Shown here: in pieces, positions 26,662 through 38,600 of the stretch
Position numbering within the stretch: the first letter of the stretch is position 1
Layout: every line of letters begins with the position of its first letter
Source: Gammaproteobacteria bacterium
GTDB taxonomy: Bacteria > Gemmatimonadota > Gemmatimonadetes > Longimicrobiales > Gaopeijiaceae
Assembly (NCBI GenBank): GCA_009841185.1
Contig: VXMG01000121.1
Coordinates: 20,271-84,270, forward strand
Direction: 5' to 3'
DNA length: 64,000 nucleotides
Notes under the pieces: model-generated
Database searches by the model: none
The model's input: the letters and a program-made list of their open reading frames with translations, nothing else
What the model was told of the DNA's origin: nothing
Translations under genes and position numbers: made by a program

Positions 26662-28032
26662 CTACTCCCCGACCCGCCTGGCCTGCGCCCGCCCCATCCC
26701 GATGGAGAGCGCGATCCAGATGCCCGCAAGCGGCACGGTCGAGGCCGCCACCAGCGCCAGCGTCATGCCGAGGGCCGCAAAGGTGGCGTCGATCCCCGCG
26801 CCGGTGGCATCCCCCGCGCGATAGAGGAACACGTCGACCACGGGCTTCGCCTTGTACTTCTCGGAGGGTGTGACGACGCTGAACAGCGTCTCCCGCGAGG
26901 GCCTTGAGATGGCGTAACGGGTGGCCCGGTGCACCGCCTGGAAGATCAGGATGACCCCATACACGGGCCACACCGCCAGCACCGCGAACCCGGCGACCGT
27001 CACCAGCGGCAGGATCGCGAGGGTCCAGCCCACGCCCAGCTTCTTGATGATGCGCGTTGTGATGAAGATCTGGGTCAGGAGCGTCGCGAACTGGGCCAGG
27101 AAGTCGAAGTTGGCGAAGCTCTCCACCCGCTGGCTGAAGGTGTCGGTGGCCTGCTGGATGATGTTGGCCTGGGTGAAGTAGATCATGGTGTTGGAGATGG
27201 CCATGAACACCACCCACAGCCCGACGCCCAGCAGGTACGGGGAGGCCACGACCGCCTTGGCGCCCTCCCAGAAGGTGCCGCCGATCCGGGTGCTGCCGTC
27301 GGGCGCCGCGATGTCGCGGCGACCCTTCGGGAGCGCCTCCAGGCGGGACGCGCGCGACCGGAGGGCCATCCGGTCCAGCCACAGCACCGTCGCGATCGCG
27401 ATGCCGTAGCAGGCGCAGGCGAGCAGCATCAGCCCGGCGGGCAGGTAGGACGACTCCGTCATCCCGCTGATGATGCTGGTGGCCTCCGCCCCGGCCAGCG
27501 CGCCCAGGGTGCCGCCGATGCCGATGAAGGCGAACATCCTCTTCCCCTGGTCCACGTCGAAGATGTCGACCATGAAGGCCCAGAAGAGGCTGGTGGTGAA
27601 GAGGTTGATCACCGTCAGCCACACGAAGAAGGTGTAGCCCACGCCGCGTGCGAGAGCGGTTTCGGCATCGGTGCCGATGAGCCCGCCGCCGGCCCGCACG
27701 TCCTGGATGATCAGCCCCGAGAAGACGAACAGGCACGCGATCACGAAGAGGAAGGCCACCGGGATGAAGCGGCGCCGGTTCATGCGCGCTACCACTCCGC
27801 CGAAGGCCAGCACCGCCGCCAGCGAGATGATCGAGGTGACGACGAAGAGCCAGCGCAGTTCGTCCATTCCGCGGGCCACGCCCATGGCTTCGCGCACCGG
27901 CCGCAGGAAGAAGTACCCGCAGAGCACGAAGAAGAAGAAGATCGCGGAGAGGGCGGCGAGCGGGAGTTCGCCTCGTTCCATGTTGAGGAGGCGCGCCGCT
28001 ATGCCCTGATCCTGCGTCGTCGAGTCTGCCAT
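26662..28032 (-). CDS. MFS-type transporter resembling the ATP:ADP antiporter (TLC/NTT) family
   Basis: Start at MADSTTQDQG. 'LAALSAIFFFFVLCGYFFLRPVREAMGV' is like the TLC N-terminal helix. About 12 TM segments. Confidence 0.6.
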   Translation of the reverse strand: MADSTTQDQGIAARLLNMERGELPLAALSAIFFFFVLCGYFFLRPVREAMGVARGMDELRWLFVVTSIISLAAVLAFGGVVARMNRRRFIPVAFLFVIACLFVFSGLIIQDVRAGGGLIGTDAETALARGVGYTFFVWLTVINLFTTSLFWAFMVDIFDVDQGKRMFAFIGIGGTLGALAGAEATSIISGMTESSYLPAGLMLLACACYGIAIATVLWLDRMALRSRASRLEALPKGRRDIAAPDGSTRIGGTFWEGAKAVVASPYLLGVGLWVVFMAISNTMIYFTQANIIQQATDTFSQRVESFANFDFLAQFATLLTQIFITTRIIKKLGVGWTLAILPLVTVAGFAVLAVWPVYGVILIFQAVHRATRYAISRPSRETLFSVVTPSEKYKAKPVVDVFLYRAGDATGAGIDATFAALGMTLALVAASTVPLAGIWIALSIGMGRAQARRVGE

Positions 28033-28364
28033 GCGCCCCCGATCCTCCGCGACAGTGCCGCCTCGCGCCGTGCCCCATCTGGAAAACGAAGCACGCCGGG
28101 AGGCCTGGATGGCCCTCCCGGAAGGCCCCGGCGGTGATGTGGGTTCGATGTAGGCCGGGCACCGGATCAAGTCAAGCCGATGGGCGTCCTCGCGTGGCGT
28201 GTCGCCCGGTGTCACTGGGGCATCTCCTCGAGGGCTCACACCACCCCGAAAGGGCGCATTCATGTGCCGTCGGGACGACTTTGCCCGGTTCCCTTTGCGC
28301 GCGCGCTGGCTGCGGCTACCATCAGGACTGCGAGCCTTCCATCGATTATCCCGGAGGTCACCGA

Positions 28365-29543
28365 ATGAACCTGTCCGCATCGCGCCTTTCTCATGTCCGG
28401 AGCCCGCGATCGCGCGTCCGCGCCGGATCCACGAGTCCTCTTGCACTCGTCCTTCTGGCCCTTCCGCTCGCGCTCTCGTGCGCGCCGCCGGCCTCCGCAC
28501 AGGCACCGGAACTCGTGTTCCTGTCCAACATCACCGGGACCTCGGACGGCGACCGCGCCCTCACCACCATCGAGGAGCAGACCACGGCCACGCTGGATGC
28601 CTTGGGGATGGAGCTTGCCGGGCACGGGCTCGGATACGAGGATGTCGTCGCCGTCAACGTCTTCCTCCGGGACACCCGTCATTTCCAGGGGATGAACGGC
28701 GTCTATCGCACCTATTTCGCAGAGAATGCGCCCACGCGCGCGACCGTGAGGGCAGACCTGCCCGACGTGGGCGCGCTGATTCAGATCTCGGCGGTGGCCA
28801 CCCCGGACGACACCGAAGTCATTTCTCCGTCGGGGCTGCAGTCTCCGGCGCTTCCCTACTCGTGGGGAATCCGGGCGGGCGACGTCCTCTTCATCGCGGG
28901 CGCCACGAGCCGCGATCCCGACACCTACCAGCCGGTGCGGGGCGACGTGCAGGTGCAGACCCGGCGCGTGTTCGGCAACATCGGGATGATCCTCGGGTCG
29001 GCGGGCATGGACTACGGGGACCTGGTCAGCTGTCAGGTCTTCCTCGACGACGTGCGTCTCTGGGGCGACATGAACGAGGCCTACCGCGAGTTCGTGACCG
29101 CGGACGATCCTCCGGCCCGCGCGGCCGTGCGCGGCGGGCTCATGAACTCCGACTTCCTGGTCGAGATCCAGTGCATCGCGGAGGCTTCCGACGCGCGCGC
29201 GGTGGTCCGTCCCGCCGGACAGGGCCCCGGCCGGGCGCCGCTTTCGCCGGCGATCGATACGGGCGAGCGGCTGTGGCTGTCGGGGATGCTTGCGGCGGGC
29301 GAGGACATTCCCGCGGAGACGCGCAACACGCTGAGCAGGTTGAATGCAACATTGGAAGCTGCCGAGTTGGATTTTTCCAACGTAGCCAACGTCTGGGTGT
29401 ACCTCACGGACGTGCGTGACGCCGAAGCGGTGCTGGAGGTTCTGGGCGAAGTGATGCCCGAGGGAGCCCCGGAGCCGACGGTGGCGGGCCTGCCGCTCGT
29501 GGGGCGCCTCGGCGTGGAGATCCAGATGATGGCGGTCCGCTGA
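28365..29543 (+). CDS. Secreted protein made of three tandem RidA/YjgF/Endoribonuclease L-PSP domains
   Basis: GGAGG Shine-Dalgarno sequence, then MNLSAS... signal peptide (...SCAPPASAQA). There are three ~115-aa repeats. They end 'PTRATVRADLPDVGALIQISAVA', 'PARAAVRGGLMNSDFLVEIQCIA' and 'PTVAGLPLVGRLGVEIQMMAV' (RidA C-terminal signature). Confidence 0.8.
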   Translation: MNLSASRLSHVRSPRSRVRAGSTSPLALVLLALPLALSCAPPASAQAPELVFLSNITGTSDGDRALTTIEEQTTATLDALGMELAGHGLGYEDVVAVNVFLRDTRHFQGMNGVYRTYFAENAPTRATVRADLPDVGALIQISAVATPDDTEVISPSGLQSPALPYSWGIRAGDVLFIAGATSRDPDTYQPVRGDVQVQTRRVFGNIGMILGSAGMDYGDLVSCQVFLDDVRLWGDMNEAYREFVTADDPPARAAVRGGLMNSDFLVEIQCIAEASDARAVVRPAGQGPGRAPLSPAIDTGERLWLSGMLAAGEDIPAETRNTLSRLNATLEAAELDFSNVANVWVYLTDVRDAEAVLEVLGEVMPEGAPEPTVAGLPLVGRLGVEIQMMAVR

Positions 29544-29544
29544 C

Positions 29545-30519
29545 ATGGGCATGAAGCCGAAGCCGCTCAGCGTTGCGTTGCTGGGCACCGGCCGGATCTC
29601 CGAGACCCAGTTGGCCCCGGCCCTGGCTGCGGCCTCCGGGCTTCGTCTGTGGAGCGTGCTGAGCCGTGACCGTGGGCGCGCCGCCGGCTTTGCGCGACGC
29701 CATCGGGCGAGATCGCCGGACCCGGGCTACGCCCGCCTGGATGAAATGCTGGCCGATCCGAAGCTCGACGCCGTGCTGATTGCCACGCCGGACGCGCTGC
29801 ACGCCGAGCAGGCGCTGGCGGCCATCGCGGCGGGCAAGCACGTCTTCGCGGAGAAGCCGATGGTGACCTCCTCGGCCGACGGACGGCGGGTGGTGGAGGC
29901 CGCCGAGGCCGCCGGCGTCACCGTGGGGGTCGCCTACCACCTGCGCTGGCACGGGGGCCACCGCGCCATGGAGCGGCTCATCAGGGGCGGGGCGCTCGGG
30001 GCGCTCAGGCACATGCGGGTGCAGTGGACCTGGCCAGCCCCCGACGACTCCAACTGGCGCGCCGGGTCGGATGTGGGGCGCTGGTGGAGCCTCGCCGGAG
30101 TGGGCACCCACTGCCTCGACATGATCCGCTGGTTCATGGTGCCGGGCTGCGGCGAGGTTGTGGAGGTGCGGTCCGCTACCAGCAACGCGGTGTGGGGCGG
30201 GCCCCGTGACGAGACCGCCCTGGTGGCGCTCACCTTCGAGTCGGGAGCCACCGCGGAGTTCTGCTCCTCGGTGCAGTTCGAGTCGCCCTCGCGGGTGGAG
30301 GTCTACGGCGACCAGGGATACGTCATCGGCAACCACACCCTGGGACCGCGGGGTGCGGGGACGGTCTTCACCAGGGCCGGGATGGTGCCCTACGTGGTCC
30401 AGAACCCCTACGTGGGCGAGCTGGTGGACTTTGCTGCGGCGGTGCGCAGCGGGCGCCCCCCGGCGGTGGACGCGCGCGAGGGCCTCCGAAATGTGGAACT
30501 GCTGGAGGAGATCAACTGA
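29545..30519 (+). CDS. Gfo/Idh/MocA family NAD(P)-dependent oxidoreductase
   Basis: 'LSVALLGTGRISE' Rossmann start and 'HVFAEKPM' motif. One nucleotide separates it from the RidA gene stop. Confidence 0.9.
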   Translation: MGMKPKPLSVALLGTGRISETQLAPALAAASGLRLWSVLSRDRGRAAGFARRHRARSPDPGYARLDEMLADPKLDAVLIATPDALHAEQALAAIAAGKHVFAEKPMVTSSADGRRVVEAAEAAGVTVGVAYHLRWHGGHRAMERLIRGGALGALRHMRVQWTWPAPDDSNWRAGSDVGRWWSLAGVGTHCLDMIRWFMVPGCGEVVEVRSATSNAVWGGPRDETALVALTFESGATAEFCSSVQFESPSRVEVYGDQGYVIGNHTLGPRGAGTVFTRAGMVPYVVQNPYVGELVDFAAAVRSGRPPAVDAREGLRNVELLEEIN

Positions 30520-32162
30520 TGGCAGTGGAGCAACCGATCGCAGGAAAGACACGAGGCGCCCGCCCGCGCGCGAGGGCGAGGGCAGGGCAGGTGAAGGTAC
30601 CCCCTCTCGCACCCTCGGCCGCCGCTCTGGCGGCCGCACTGGCCGCGACTGCCTGCGATGCCCCCGCCCCCGCCCCCATCGACGTGGTGGAAGCCACCAT
30701 CGCGGGGGTGCAGGAGGCCGTCTTCTCGGGCGCGACCACCTGCCGCCTGGTGGTGCAGGCCCACCTCGACCGCATCGAGGCCTATGAGAACCGCATCAAC
30801 GCGATCACGGTGGTGAACCCCGCCGCGCTCGACCGCGCCGACGAACTGGACGCGGCGCTGGCCGCCGGCGAGGAGCCGGGCCCCCTCTTCTGCGTGCCCG
30901 TCCTGGTGAAGGACAACTTCGACACCCACGACATGGTGACCACGGCCGGCTCGATCGGCCTAGCCGAGAGCGTGCCGCCCGACGACGCCTTCATGGTGCG
31001 CCGCATCCGCGAGGAGGGCGCCATCGTGGTGGCCAAGACCAACATGGCGGAGTGGGCCTTCAGCCCGCGCCAGTCGGTGAGTTCGTCGTTCGACACCACC
31101 CGCAACGCCTACGCGCTGGACCGGGTGCCCGCCGGGTCGAGCGGAGGCACCGCCTCGGGAGTCGCGGCCAGCTTCGGCCTGATCGGGCTCGGAAGCGATA
31201 CCGGCAACTCCATCCGCGGCCCCTCTTCGCGCCTGGCGCTGGTGGGCATCCGTTCGACCATCGGCCTCACCAGCCGGGACGGCGTGGTGCCGCTCGCCTT
31301 CGATCGCGACATCGCCGGCCCGATGGGGCGCACCGTGGAGGACGTCGCCCGGCTCTTCAACGTGGTGGCGGGCTACGACCCGGCCGATCCCTACACGGAG
31401 GCGGGGCGCGGGCGCAAGGAGGCCGACTACACGAGCTTCCTCGACCCGAACGGCCTCGAGGGCGCGCGCATCGGGGTCCTGCGGGCCCTGGTCGACACCG
31501 AAGAAGCGGACGAGGAGGTCGTCGCCGTCTTCGGGAACGCGCTGGAGGAACTTGAGGGGCTGGGCGCGGAGATCGTCGATCCCCTCGGCTTCGACCTGCA
31601 GGCGCAACTGGAGCGCGAGGGCATGTCGTGCCGCCGCTTCCGCTACGACATGCATGTCTACCTTCGGTCGCTAGGAGACGCGGCCCCGTTCACCGACGTG
31701 CTGGCCGTGCTCGAGACCGGGGAGTTCGGGGGCGATGCGGAGAGCGGGCTGCGCCGTTCGGAGGGCATGCCGCTGGACGTTCCCCCGGCCCAGTGGGATC
31801 CCCCCTGTCCCGACTATCTCGAAAACGAGCAGCGGCAGGGTTACCTGGCCGACCTGACGGAGGCGATGGATGCCGCCGGGGTGGACGCCGTCGTCTATCC
31901 CACCTGGCTGAGCCAGCCCGCGCACATCGACCGCGGCAACGAGGAGTACAGCGGCGACAACAGCCAGCGGGTCGCGCCCGCCACCGGTATGCCCGCCATC
32001 ACGGTGCCCATGGGGTTCACAGAGGGCACGCACCCCGCGGGACTGCAGATTCTGGCACGCCCGTACGACGAGGGCCTGCTCTTCCGCCTTGCCTACGCGT
32101 ACGAGCAGGGGACGCGCCACCGGCGCCCGCCACCGGGCTTCCCGGAGCTCACGAATCCCTGA
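30519..32162 (+). CDS. Amidase-signature family amidase (lipoprotein-type signal)
   Basis: TGATG overlap with the upstream gene. 'AATACDAP' lipobox-like. 'GSSGGTASGVAA...GSDTGNSIRGPSS' amidase signature. Confidence 0.9.
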   Translation: MAVEQPIAGKTRGARPRARARAGQVKVPPLAPSAAALAAALAATACDAPAPAPIDVVEATIAGVQEAVFSGATTCRLVVQAHLDRIEAYENRINAITVVNPAALDRADELDAALAAGEEPGPLFCVPVLVKDNFDTHDMVTTAGSIGLAESVPPDDAFMVRRIREEGAIVVAKTNMAEWAFSPRQSVSSSFDTTRNAYALDRVPAGSSGGTASGVAASFGLIGLGSDTGNSIRGPSSRLALVGIRSTIGLTSRDGVVPLAFDRDIAGPMGRTVEDVARLFNVVAGYDPADPYTEAGRGRKEADYTSFLDPNGLEGARIGVLRALVDTEEADEEVVAVFGNALEELEGLGAEIVDPLGFDLQAQLEREGMSCRRFRYDMHVYLRSLGDAAPFTDVLAVLETGEFGGDAESGLRRSEGMPLDVPPAQWDPPCPDYLENEQRQGYLADLTEAMDAAGVDAVVYPTWLSQPAHIDRGNEEYSGDNSQRVAPATGMPAITVPMGFTEGTHPAGLQILARPYDEGLLFRLAYAYEQGTRHRRPPPGFPELTNP

Positions 32163-32230
32163 CCCGGGCGGGACCGGCGCATCTGGCAGCAGCGCCCACC
32201 GCAGTGTGGAAGGGTTGAGGTGAGCGCACC

Positions 32231-34045
32231 ATGATCCGCGGCGTCCTCGAGCGCACCTTCGGCTACTCCGGGTTCCGGGGGCAGCAGGAGGAAGTCATCC
32301 GCCACATGGTGGACGGTGGCGACTGCCTGGTGCTCATGCCCACCGGTGGCGGCAAGTCGCTCTGCTACCAGATTCCCGGCATCGTGCGCGAAGGGACCGG
32401 CGTGGTCGTCTCTCCGCTCATCGCCCTGATGCGCGACCAGGTCGAGGCGCTCCGCCAACTGGGGGTGCGCGCCGCCTGCCTGAACTCCTCTCTCTCCTAC
32501 CGGGAGGTGCTGGAGGCCGAGGCCGCCGTGCGCGCGGGGAAGCTGGACCTGCTCTACGTCGCGCCCGAACGCCTGCTCGGCGAGCGCACGCTGAACCTTC
32601 TGGCCGAGGCCCGGGTGTCGCTTTTCGCCATCGACGAGGCGCACTGCGTGTCGCAGTGGGGGCACGATTTTCGCCCCGAATACCTCCAGCTCTCCGCGCT
32701 GCGCGAGCACTTTCCCGACGTGCCCCGCATCGCGCTCACCGCCACCGCCGACGAACTCACGCGGCGCGAGATCGTCGACCGCCTGGGGCTCCGCGGCGCT
32801 CCCGTCTTCGTGAGCGGCTTCGACCGCCCCAACATCCGCTACAGCGTGGTCCCGAAGAACAATGCGCGTGCCCAGTTCCGGGGCTTCCTCGACCGGCATC
32901 ACCGGGGCGACGCGGGCATCGTCTACTGCCTGTCGCGCAAGAAGGTCGACGCCACGGCGGAATGGCTTCAGGGCGAGGGAGTCGACGCCCTCCCCTACCA
33001 CGCCGGGCTCGGGGCCGCCGAGCGCCGGCGCAACCAGGACCGCTTCCAGCGCGACGAGGGCGTGGTCATGGTGGCGACCATCGCCTTCGGCATGGGCATC
33101 GACAAGTCCAACGTCCGCTTCGTGGCCCATCTCGATCTGCCCAAGAGCATCGAGGCCTACTACCAGGAGACGGGACGCGGAGGGCGCGACGGGCTCCCGG
33201 CCAGCGCATGGATGGTGTACGGGTTGCGGGAGGTGGTGACCCTGCGCAACATGGTGGAGGGATCGGACGCGGGCGAGGCGCGCAAGCGGCTGGAGGTGCG
33301 CAAGCTCGATGCGATGCTGGGCTACTGCGAGCTCACCACCTGCCGCCGGCAGACCCTGCTCGCCTATTTCGGCGAGACCCACCCCGAGCCCTGCGGCAAC
33401 TGCGACAACTGCCTCACCCCCGTCGATTCCTGGGATGCGACCGAGGCGTCCCAGAAAGCGATGTCGTGCGTGTATCGCACCGGGCAGCGGTTCGGCGCCG
33501 CGTATCTCATCGATGTCCTGCGGGGCAGGGAAACGGACCGAATCCAGCGCTTCGGGCACGACCGCATTCCGACCCACGGGGTGGGCGCCGATCTGAGCCC
33601 CTACGAGTGGCGTTCGGTGTTCCGCCAACTGGTCGCGCGCGGGCTGCTCTGGGTCGACATGGAGGGGTTCGGATCGATTCGGCTCACGGACGATAGCTGG
33701 CCCGTCCTGAGGGGCGAGACGCCGGTGCACATGCGGCGGGACGTGCGCCCCCCGGCTGCCGCGCGCAAGCGCAAGCCCCGGGCCGAGCAGCCACCCCCGG
33801 ATCCCGCGAGCTGGGACGAGGGGCTGTGGGAGGCGCTGCGCGCGCATCGTCTGGAACTCGCGCGGGCGCAGGGCGTGCCCCCGTACGTCATCTTCCACGA
33901 CGCCACCCTGCGCGAGATGGTCGAGCGCCGTCCGGGAACGCCGGAGGAGCTGGCTGGCATTGCCGGGGTGGGCGAAACCAAGCTGGAGCGTTACGGTGAA
34001 GACTTCCTGGGCGTGATCGCGAAAGCGGAGCGAGGGAGCGAATGA
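32231..34045 (+). CDS. recQ: ATP-dependent DNA helicase RecQ
   Basis: '[14 protein letters not shown]', '[12 protein letters not shown]', '[17 protein letters not shown]', Zn-finger 'CGNCDNC', C-terminal HRDC ('[15 protein letters not shown]'). Confidence 0.95.
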   Translation: MIRGVLERTFGYSGFRGQQEEVIRHMVDGGDCLVLMPTGGGKSLCYQIPGIVREGTGVVVSPLIALMRDQVEALRQLGVRAACLNSSLSYREVLEAEAAVRAGKLDLLYVAPERLLGERTLNLLAEARVSLFAIDEAHCVSQWGHDFRPEYLQLSALREHFPDVPRIALTATADELTRREIVDRLGLRGAPVFVSGFDRPNIRYSVVPKNNARAQFRGFLDRHHRGDAGIVYCLSRKKVDATAEWLQGEGVDALPYHAGLGAAERRRNQDRFQRDEGVVMVATIAFGMGIDKSNVRFVAHLDLPKSIEAYYQETGRGGRDGLPASAWMVYGLREVVTLRNMVEGSDAGEARKRLEVRKLDAMLGYCELTTCRRQTLLAYFGETHPEPCGNCDNCLTPVDSWDATEASQKAMSCVYRTGQRFGAAYLIDVLRGRETDRIQRFGHDRIPTHGVGADLSPYEWRSVFRQLVARGLLWVDMEGFGSIRLTDDSWPVLRGETPVHMRRDVRPPAAARKRKPRAEQPPPDPASWDEGLWEALRAHRLELARAQGVPPYVIFHDATLREMVERRPGTPEELAGIAGVGETKLERYGEDFLGVIAKAERGSE

Positions 34046-35688
34046 GGTACGACTACCACGCGGCGAGGGGCGATTTCTTCGGCGGGGTCACCTCCGCCAT
34101 CGTGGCGCTGCCGGTGGCGCTGGCCTTCGGCGTGGCGTCGGGGCTGGGTGCGGCCGCCGGCCTCTACAGCGCGATCGCGGTGGGCTTCTTCGCGGCGGTG
34201 TTCGGCGGCACGCGCTCTCAGATCTCGGGTCCTACCGCGCCCATGACCGTCGCCATGGCGGCGATCCTCACCACGCACTCGGCCACGCTCGCGGAGGCCA
34301 TGATCGTGGTGATCATGGCCGGGCTGCTGCAGATCGCCATGGGCGCGCTCAGGATCGGCCGCTTCGTCGCATACACGCCGGCGGTGGTCGTGTCCGGCTT
34401 CATGTCCGGGATCGGCATCATCATCATCCTGATCCAGAGCATGCCGTTCCTCGGTCTGCCCCCGGTCGCAGGTGGAGCGATGGGCGCGTTTCGGGCGCTG
34501 CCGGACGCGCTGGCCAACCTCGACCCCGGCGCGGTGGCGGTCGCCGTGATCACGCTGGCGGTCGCGGTGGCCTGGCCGCCCCGGCTGAGGAAGCTGGTGC
34601 CGCCGCCGCTGGTGGCGCTGGTGGTGGGCACGACGGTCGGAGTCCTCTGGATTGGCGGCATCCCGGTCATCGGCGAGATCCCCACGGGGATGCCGACGCT
34701 TCAGTTCACGCTTCCCTCCGCGGCGTTCCTGGTGAGCGCCCTGCAGCCGGCCCTGATCCTCGCGATCCTCGGCTCCGTGGACAGCCTGCTCACGTCCCTG
34801 GTGGCCGACTCGATCACGGGCACCCGCCACAAGGCCAACCGGGAGCTGATCGGGCAGGGCATCGGCAACATCGCCTCGGGGCTCATCGGGGGGCTGCCGG
34901 GCGCCGGGGCGACCATGGGCACGGTGGTCAACATCCGGGCCGGGGGCAGCACTCCGGCTTCCGGGGCCCTGCGAGCGGTGCTGGTCCTGGCGCTACTTCT
35001 GGGGCTCGGCCAGTACGTAGAGCCGATCCCCCACGCGGTCCTCGCCGCCATCCTGGTCAAGGTGGGATGGGACATCATCGACTGGCGCGTCCTCGTCCGC
35101 GTCCATCACCTGCGCCGCGAGCACATGATCGTCATGCTGGTCACGCTCGGGCTGACGGTGTTCGTGGACCTGATGACGGGGGTCGCGATCGGACTGATCG
35201 TCGCGGGGATGGCGCATGCCAGCCAGTTGGAGCACCTGGAGCTGGACAGCGTGGTGTCCGTGCCTCTGCTCGACCAGATGTTCCTCGGCGAACACGAGGA
35301 TCCGGCGTTCCTGGACTGGTACTCGGCCCGGGTCGGGCTGGTCGCCCTCAAGGGGAGCTTCACCGTGGCCTCCGCGCACAAGCTGGTCGCCGTGATCGGG
35401 GGAGACATCAAGGAGCACGAGGTCACCATCTTCGACTTCACCGCCGTGACCTACCTCGACGACAGCGCCGCCATGCTCATACGCCAGCTCCTCGACGTCG
35501 CCGAGCGCGAGGAAACCGACGTGATCGTGATGGGCCTGTCGGGTTCGCCGGCCGAGACCCTGCGAACCCTGGACATCCTGGACGGAGTGCCCCGCAAGCA
35601 GAGGGTGAGGACGCTCGACAGCGCGCGCGATGTCGCGATCGAACTCCTCAAGAAGCGCGATTCGGGAGCCGGGCAACTGATCGGCTGA
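34042..35688 (+). CDS. SulP family anion transporter with a C-terminal STAS domain
   Basis: ATGA overlap with recQ. '[24 protein letters not shown]' SulP N-terminus. STAS tail '[21 protein letters not shown]'. Confidence 0.95.
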   Translation: MRYDYHAARGDFFGGVTSAIVALPVALAFGVASGLGAAAGLYSAIAVGFFAAVFGGTRSQISGPTAPMTVAMAAILTTHSATLAEAMIVVIMAGLLQIAMGALRIGRFVAYTPAVVVSGFMSGIGIIIILIQSMPFLGLPPVAGGAMGAFRALPDALANLDPGAVAVAVITLAVAVAWPPRLRKLVPPPLVALVVGTTVGVLWIGGIPVIGEIPTGMPTLQFTLPSAAFLVSALQPALILAILGSVDSLLTSLVADSITGTRHKANRELIGQGIGNIASGLIGGLPGAGATMGTVVNIRAGGSTPASGALRAVLVLALLLGLGQYVEPIPHAVLAAILVKVGWDIIDWRVLVRVHHLRREHMIVMLVTLGLTVFVDLMTGVAIGLIVAGMAHASQLEHLELDSVVSVPLLDQMFLGEHEDPAFLDWYSARVGLVALKGSFTVASAHKLVAVIGGDIKEHEVTIFDFTAVTYLDDSAAMLIRQLLDVAEREETDVIVMGLSGSPAETLRTLDILDGVPRKQRVRTLDSARDVAIELLKKRDSGAGQLIG

Positions 35689-35695
35689 GAGTGTT

Positions 35696-38600
35696 CTAGC
35701 CCCCCGGCGGCCAGCTCGGCAGGGCGCGCCCTGTGGTCCACGGCACGCCCGCCTCCTCCAGCCGCCCCTCCAGAGCGGGAAGGTCGGTCTCCACCAGCCG
35801 CTGCAGCTCGGGATACATCGCGCTGAACGCCTCGCGCGCGACGCGGTACTGCTCCCGATGGGTGCCCGTTGGTCCGTGGGTGCCGTTCCAGTGTCCTCGC
35901 ACGACCTGGTTGACCCGCCCGGCGATCCCCGGCAAGTCGGGTTCGGCGCGCGAGGTGCGCGTGCGTGAGCCGTCGAGCGCTTCACGCAGGTCGAGCAGGC
36001 GCAGTTCCAGCGCCCGCGCATCGCCCATGAGGGCGGCCGGCGCGGCGGGCCAGCCTTCGAGCGCCTGCTTGACGGCGCCGATCCGCTGGGCGGCTCCCGC
36101 GGCCGCGCGCTGCGAACCGGTGACGGCGCGCAGGAGTTCACCCGTCTCGCGCTGGAAGGCGAGCACGACCGCCCGGTCCTGGGCGGCGATGGCGGGCTTG
36201 GTCAGCGGGGCGATCTCGAAGGGGGCGGGGCCGGCCAGTTCCTTCACCTCGCCGTCCACCCGCTGTGCCAGGGACACCGTGTAGCTGCCCGGAAGCGCCA
36301 TCGGCCCGTTGCCTCCCCCGAAGCCCCCGAAGCCGCCCCCACCTCCGCCGGTGACGGGCGTGTACGCGGGGTAGCGGTAGTTCCAGACGGCACGGTGAAC
36401 GCCCCGCGACGTCGAGCCGTTGACCACGTTCACCACCTGTCCGCCCTCATCGCGGACGGTCAGGTACACGCGCGGCGCCTCCTCGCGGTCCTCCTCGATC
36501 AGCTCTTCCCACGACGGATACGGGGTGTCCTCGCCCCGGCCCGCGGCCCGGCGCTCCTCGGCCTGCCTCTCGGCCCGCCGCGTGCGCAGCGTCTCGCCGA
36601 CCCAGTAGGTGAAGGTCACGCCCAGCTCCGGATTGTCCGCCGCATAGAAGTCGGCGCCGTTTGCCCCGCCCGGATTCCAGGGCACGTACATGTCGCCATC
36701 GGCCACCTCGAACAGGTGACCCGCGGAAGCGAGGATGGGCTCGGGTCCCCGCGCCAGCTCGCGCAGCGGCGTATAGTCGTCGATCACGTAGAAGCTGCGC
36801 CCGAAGGTCGCCGCCACCAGGTCGCCCTCCCGCTGCTGGATCTCCAGGTCGCGCACGGCAATCGTGGGCAGCCCGCTGTCGAACTCCATCCACGACTCGC
36901 CCCCGTCCACCGACACGAAGGCCCCGAATTCCGCCCCCAGGAAGAGCAGGTCGGACTCGATATGGTCCTGAACGATGGAGAAGGACGGGCTGTTGTCCGG
37001 CAGCCCGCCGGTAATCGCGGTCCAGTTGCGTCCGCGGTCCTCGGACTTCAGGACATAGGGCCGGTAGTCGCCGCGCTTGAAGTTGTTGACCACGGCGAAG
37101 ACGGCGTCGGGATCGTGCAGCGAAGCCTCGACGTCGTGCACGAAGCTGGTATCGGGAACGCCCGGAAGGCTCGCGATCTCGCGCCAGGTCTCGCCTCCGT
37201 CCTCGGTGACCTGCACCAGGCCGTCGTCCGTACCGACATAGATCAGTCCCTCGACCAGCGGCGACTCGGAGATGGCCACGATGTGCCCGAACACCGACGT
37301 CGACCGGTTCTTGCCCACCGCGTCGACGCTCCACACGCGCCCCATCACCTCCAGCTGGTTGCGGTCGAGGTTGCGCGACAGGTCCCCGGAAATGGCGCGC
37401 CAGCTCGAGCCCTGATCGTCGCTCCGGAAGAGGATCTGGGCCCCGAAATAGAGCCGGTGATTGTCGTGCGGCGACATGATCAGGCCCGCATCCCAGTACC
37501 AGCGCAGCGGCGGTCCGCCGGGATCGGCCTGGGGCTGAATATCGAGCCGCTCCTTGCTTCCCCGGTCGAAACGCGACAGTACGCCGTGCTGCAACTGCGA
37601 ATAGATGATGTCGGGATTCTCGGGATCGATCACCGGATCGAAGCCGTCGCCCCCCAGCGTCACATACCAGTCCGAGTTGCGGATGCCGCCCCCGAGCGTC
37701 TGCGACGGCCCGCCCATGGTGTTGTTGTCCTGCGTGCCCCCATAGACATAGTAGAAGGGCTCGTCGTTGGAGGTCGCGACTTTGTAGTACTGCGTGAGCG
37801 GAAGATTGGTGAAGTGACTCCAGTTCTCCCCGAAGTCGAAAGTCTCGTACAGTCCGCCGTCGTTCCCCAGTATCAGGTGCTCCGGGTCGTCCGGGTCGAA
37901 CGCGATGGCGTGATGGTCGACATGCACGCTCTGAGTGGGCAGCCGGCTCCAGGTCTCGCCGCCGTCGTCGGACATCTCCAGGAAGGTGTCCATGGCATAG
38001 ATTCGGTCGAAACGATGAGGGTCGGCATAGAGTTCGTGATAGTACATCGGCGCGGTCGACTGGTAGCGCGACGTGCGGCTCCAGTTCTCGCCCATGTTCT
38101 CCGAGCGGAAGGTCCCGCCGTCATTCCCCGACGCCTCGACGATGGCGTAGAGCACATCAGGGTTGATCGGCGAAATCGCCATCCCGATGCGCCCCTTGTC
38201 CCCGGAGGGAAGCCCGCGGTTGATGGCCCGCCAGGTCTCGCCCCCGTCGGTGGACTTGTGGATGCCCGAGCCGGGACCCCCGTCGATCATGGTCCACTGG
38301 TGCCGGCGCCGCTGCCACGAGGACGCGTACATGACGTCCGGGTTGCGCGGATCGAAGTAGACCTCGTTCACGCCCGTGTGCTCGTCGATCTCGAGCACCA
38401 GCTCCCAGCTCTCGCCGCCGTCCCGCGTGCGGTAGAGCCCGCGCTCGCCGCCCGCGTTCCAGAGCGGCCCCTGAGCCGCCACGAACACAGTGCGCGAATC
38501 GTCAGGATGCACCGCGATCATGCCGATGTGCTCGGAGGTCTCGAGTCCCATGTTCGCAAACGAGCGCCCCCCGTCCACCGACTTGTACACGCCGTCGCCG

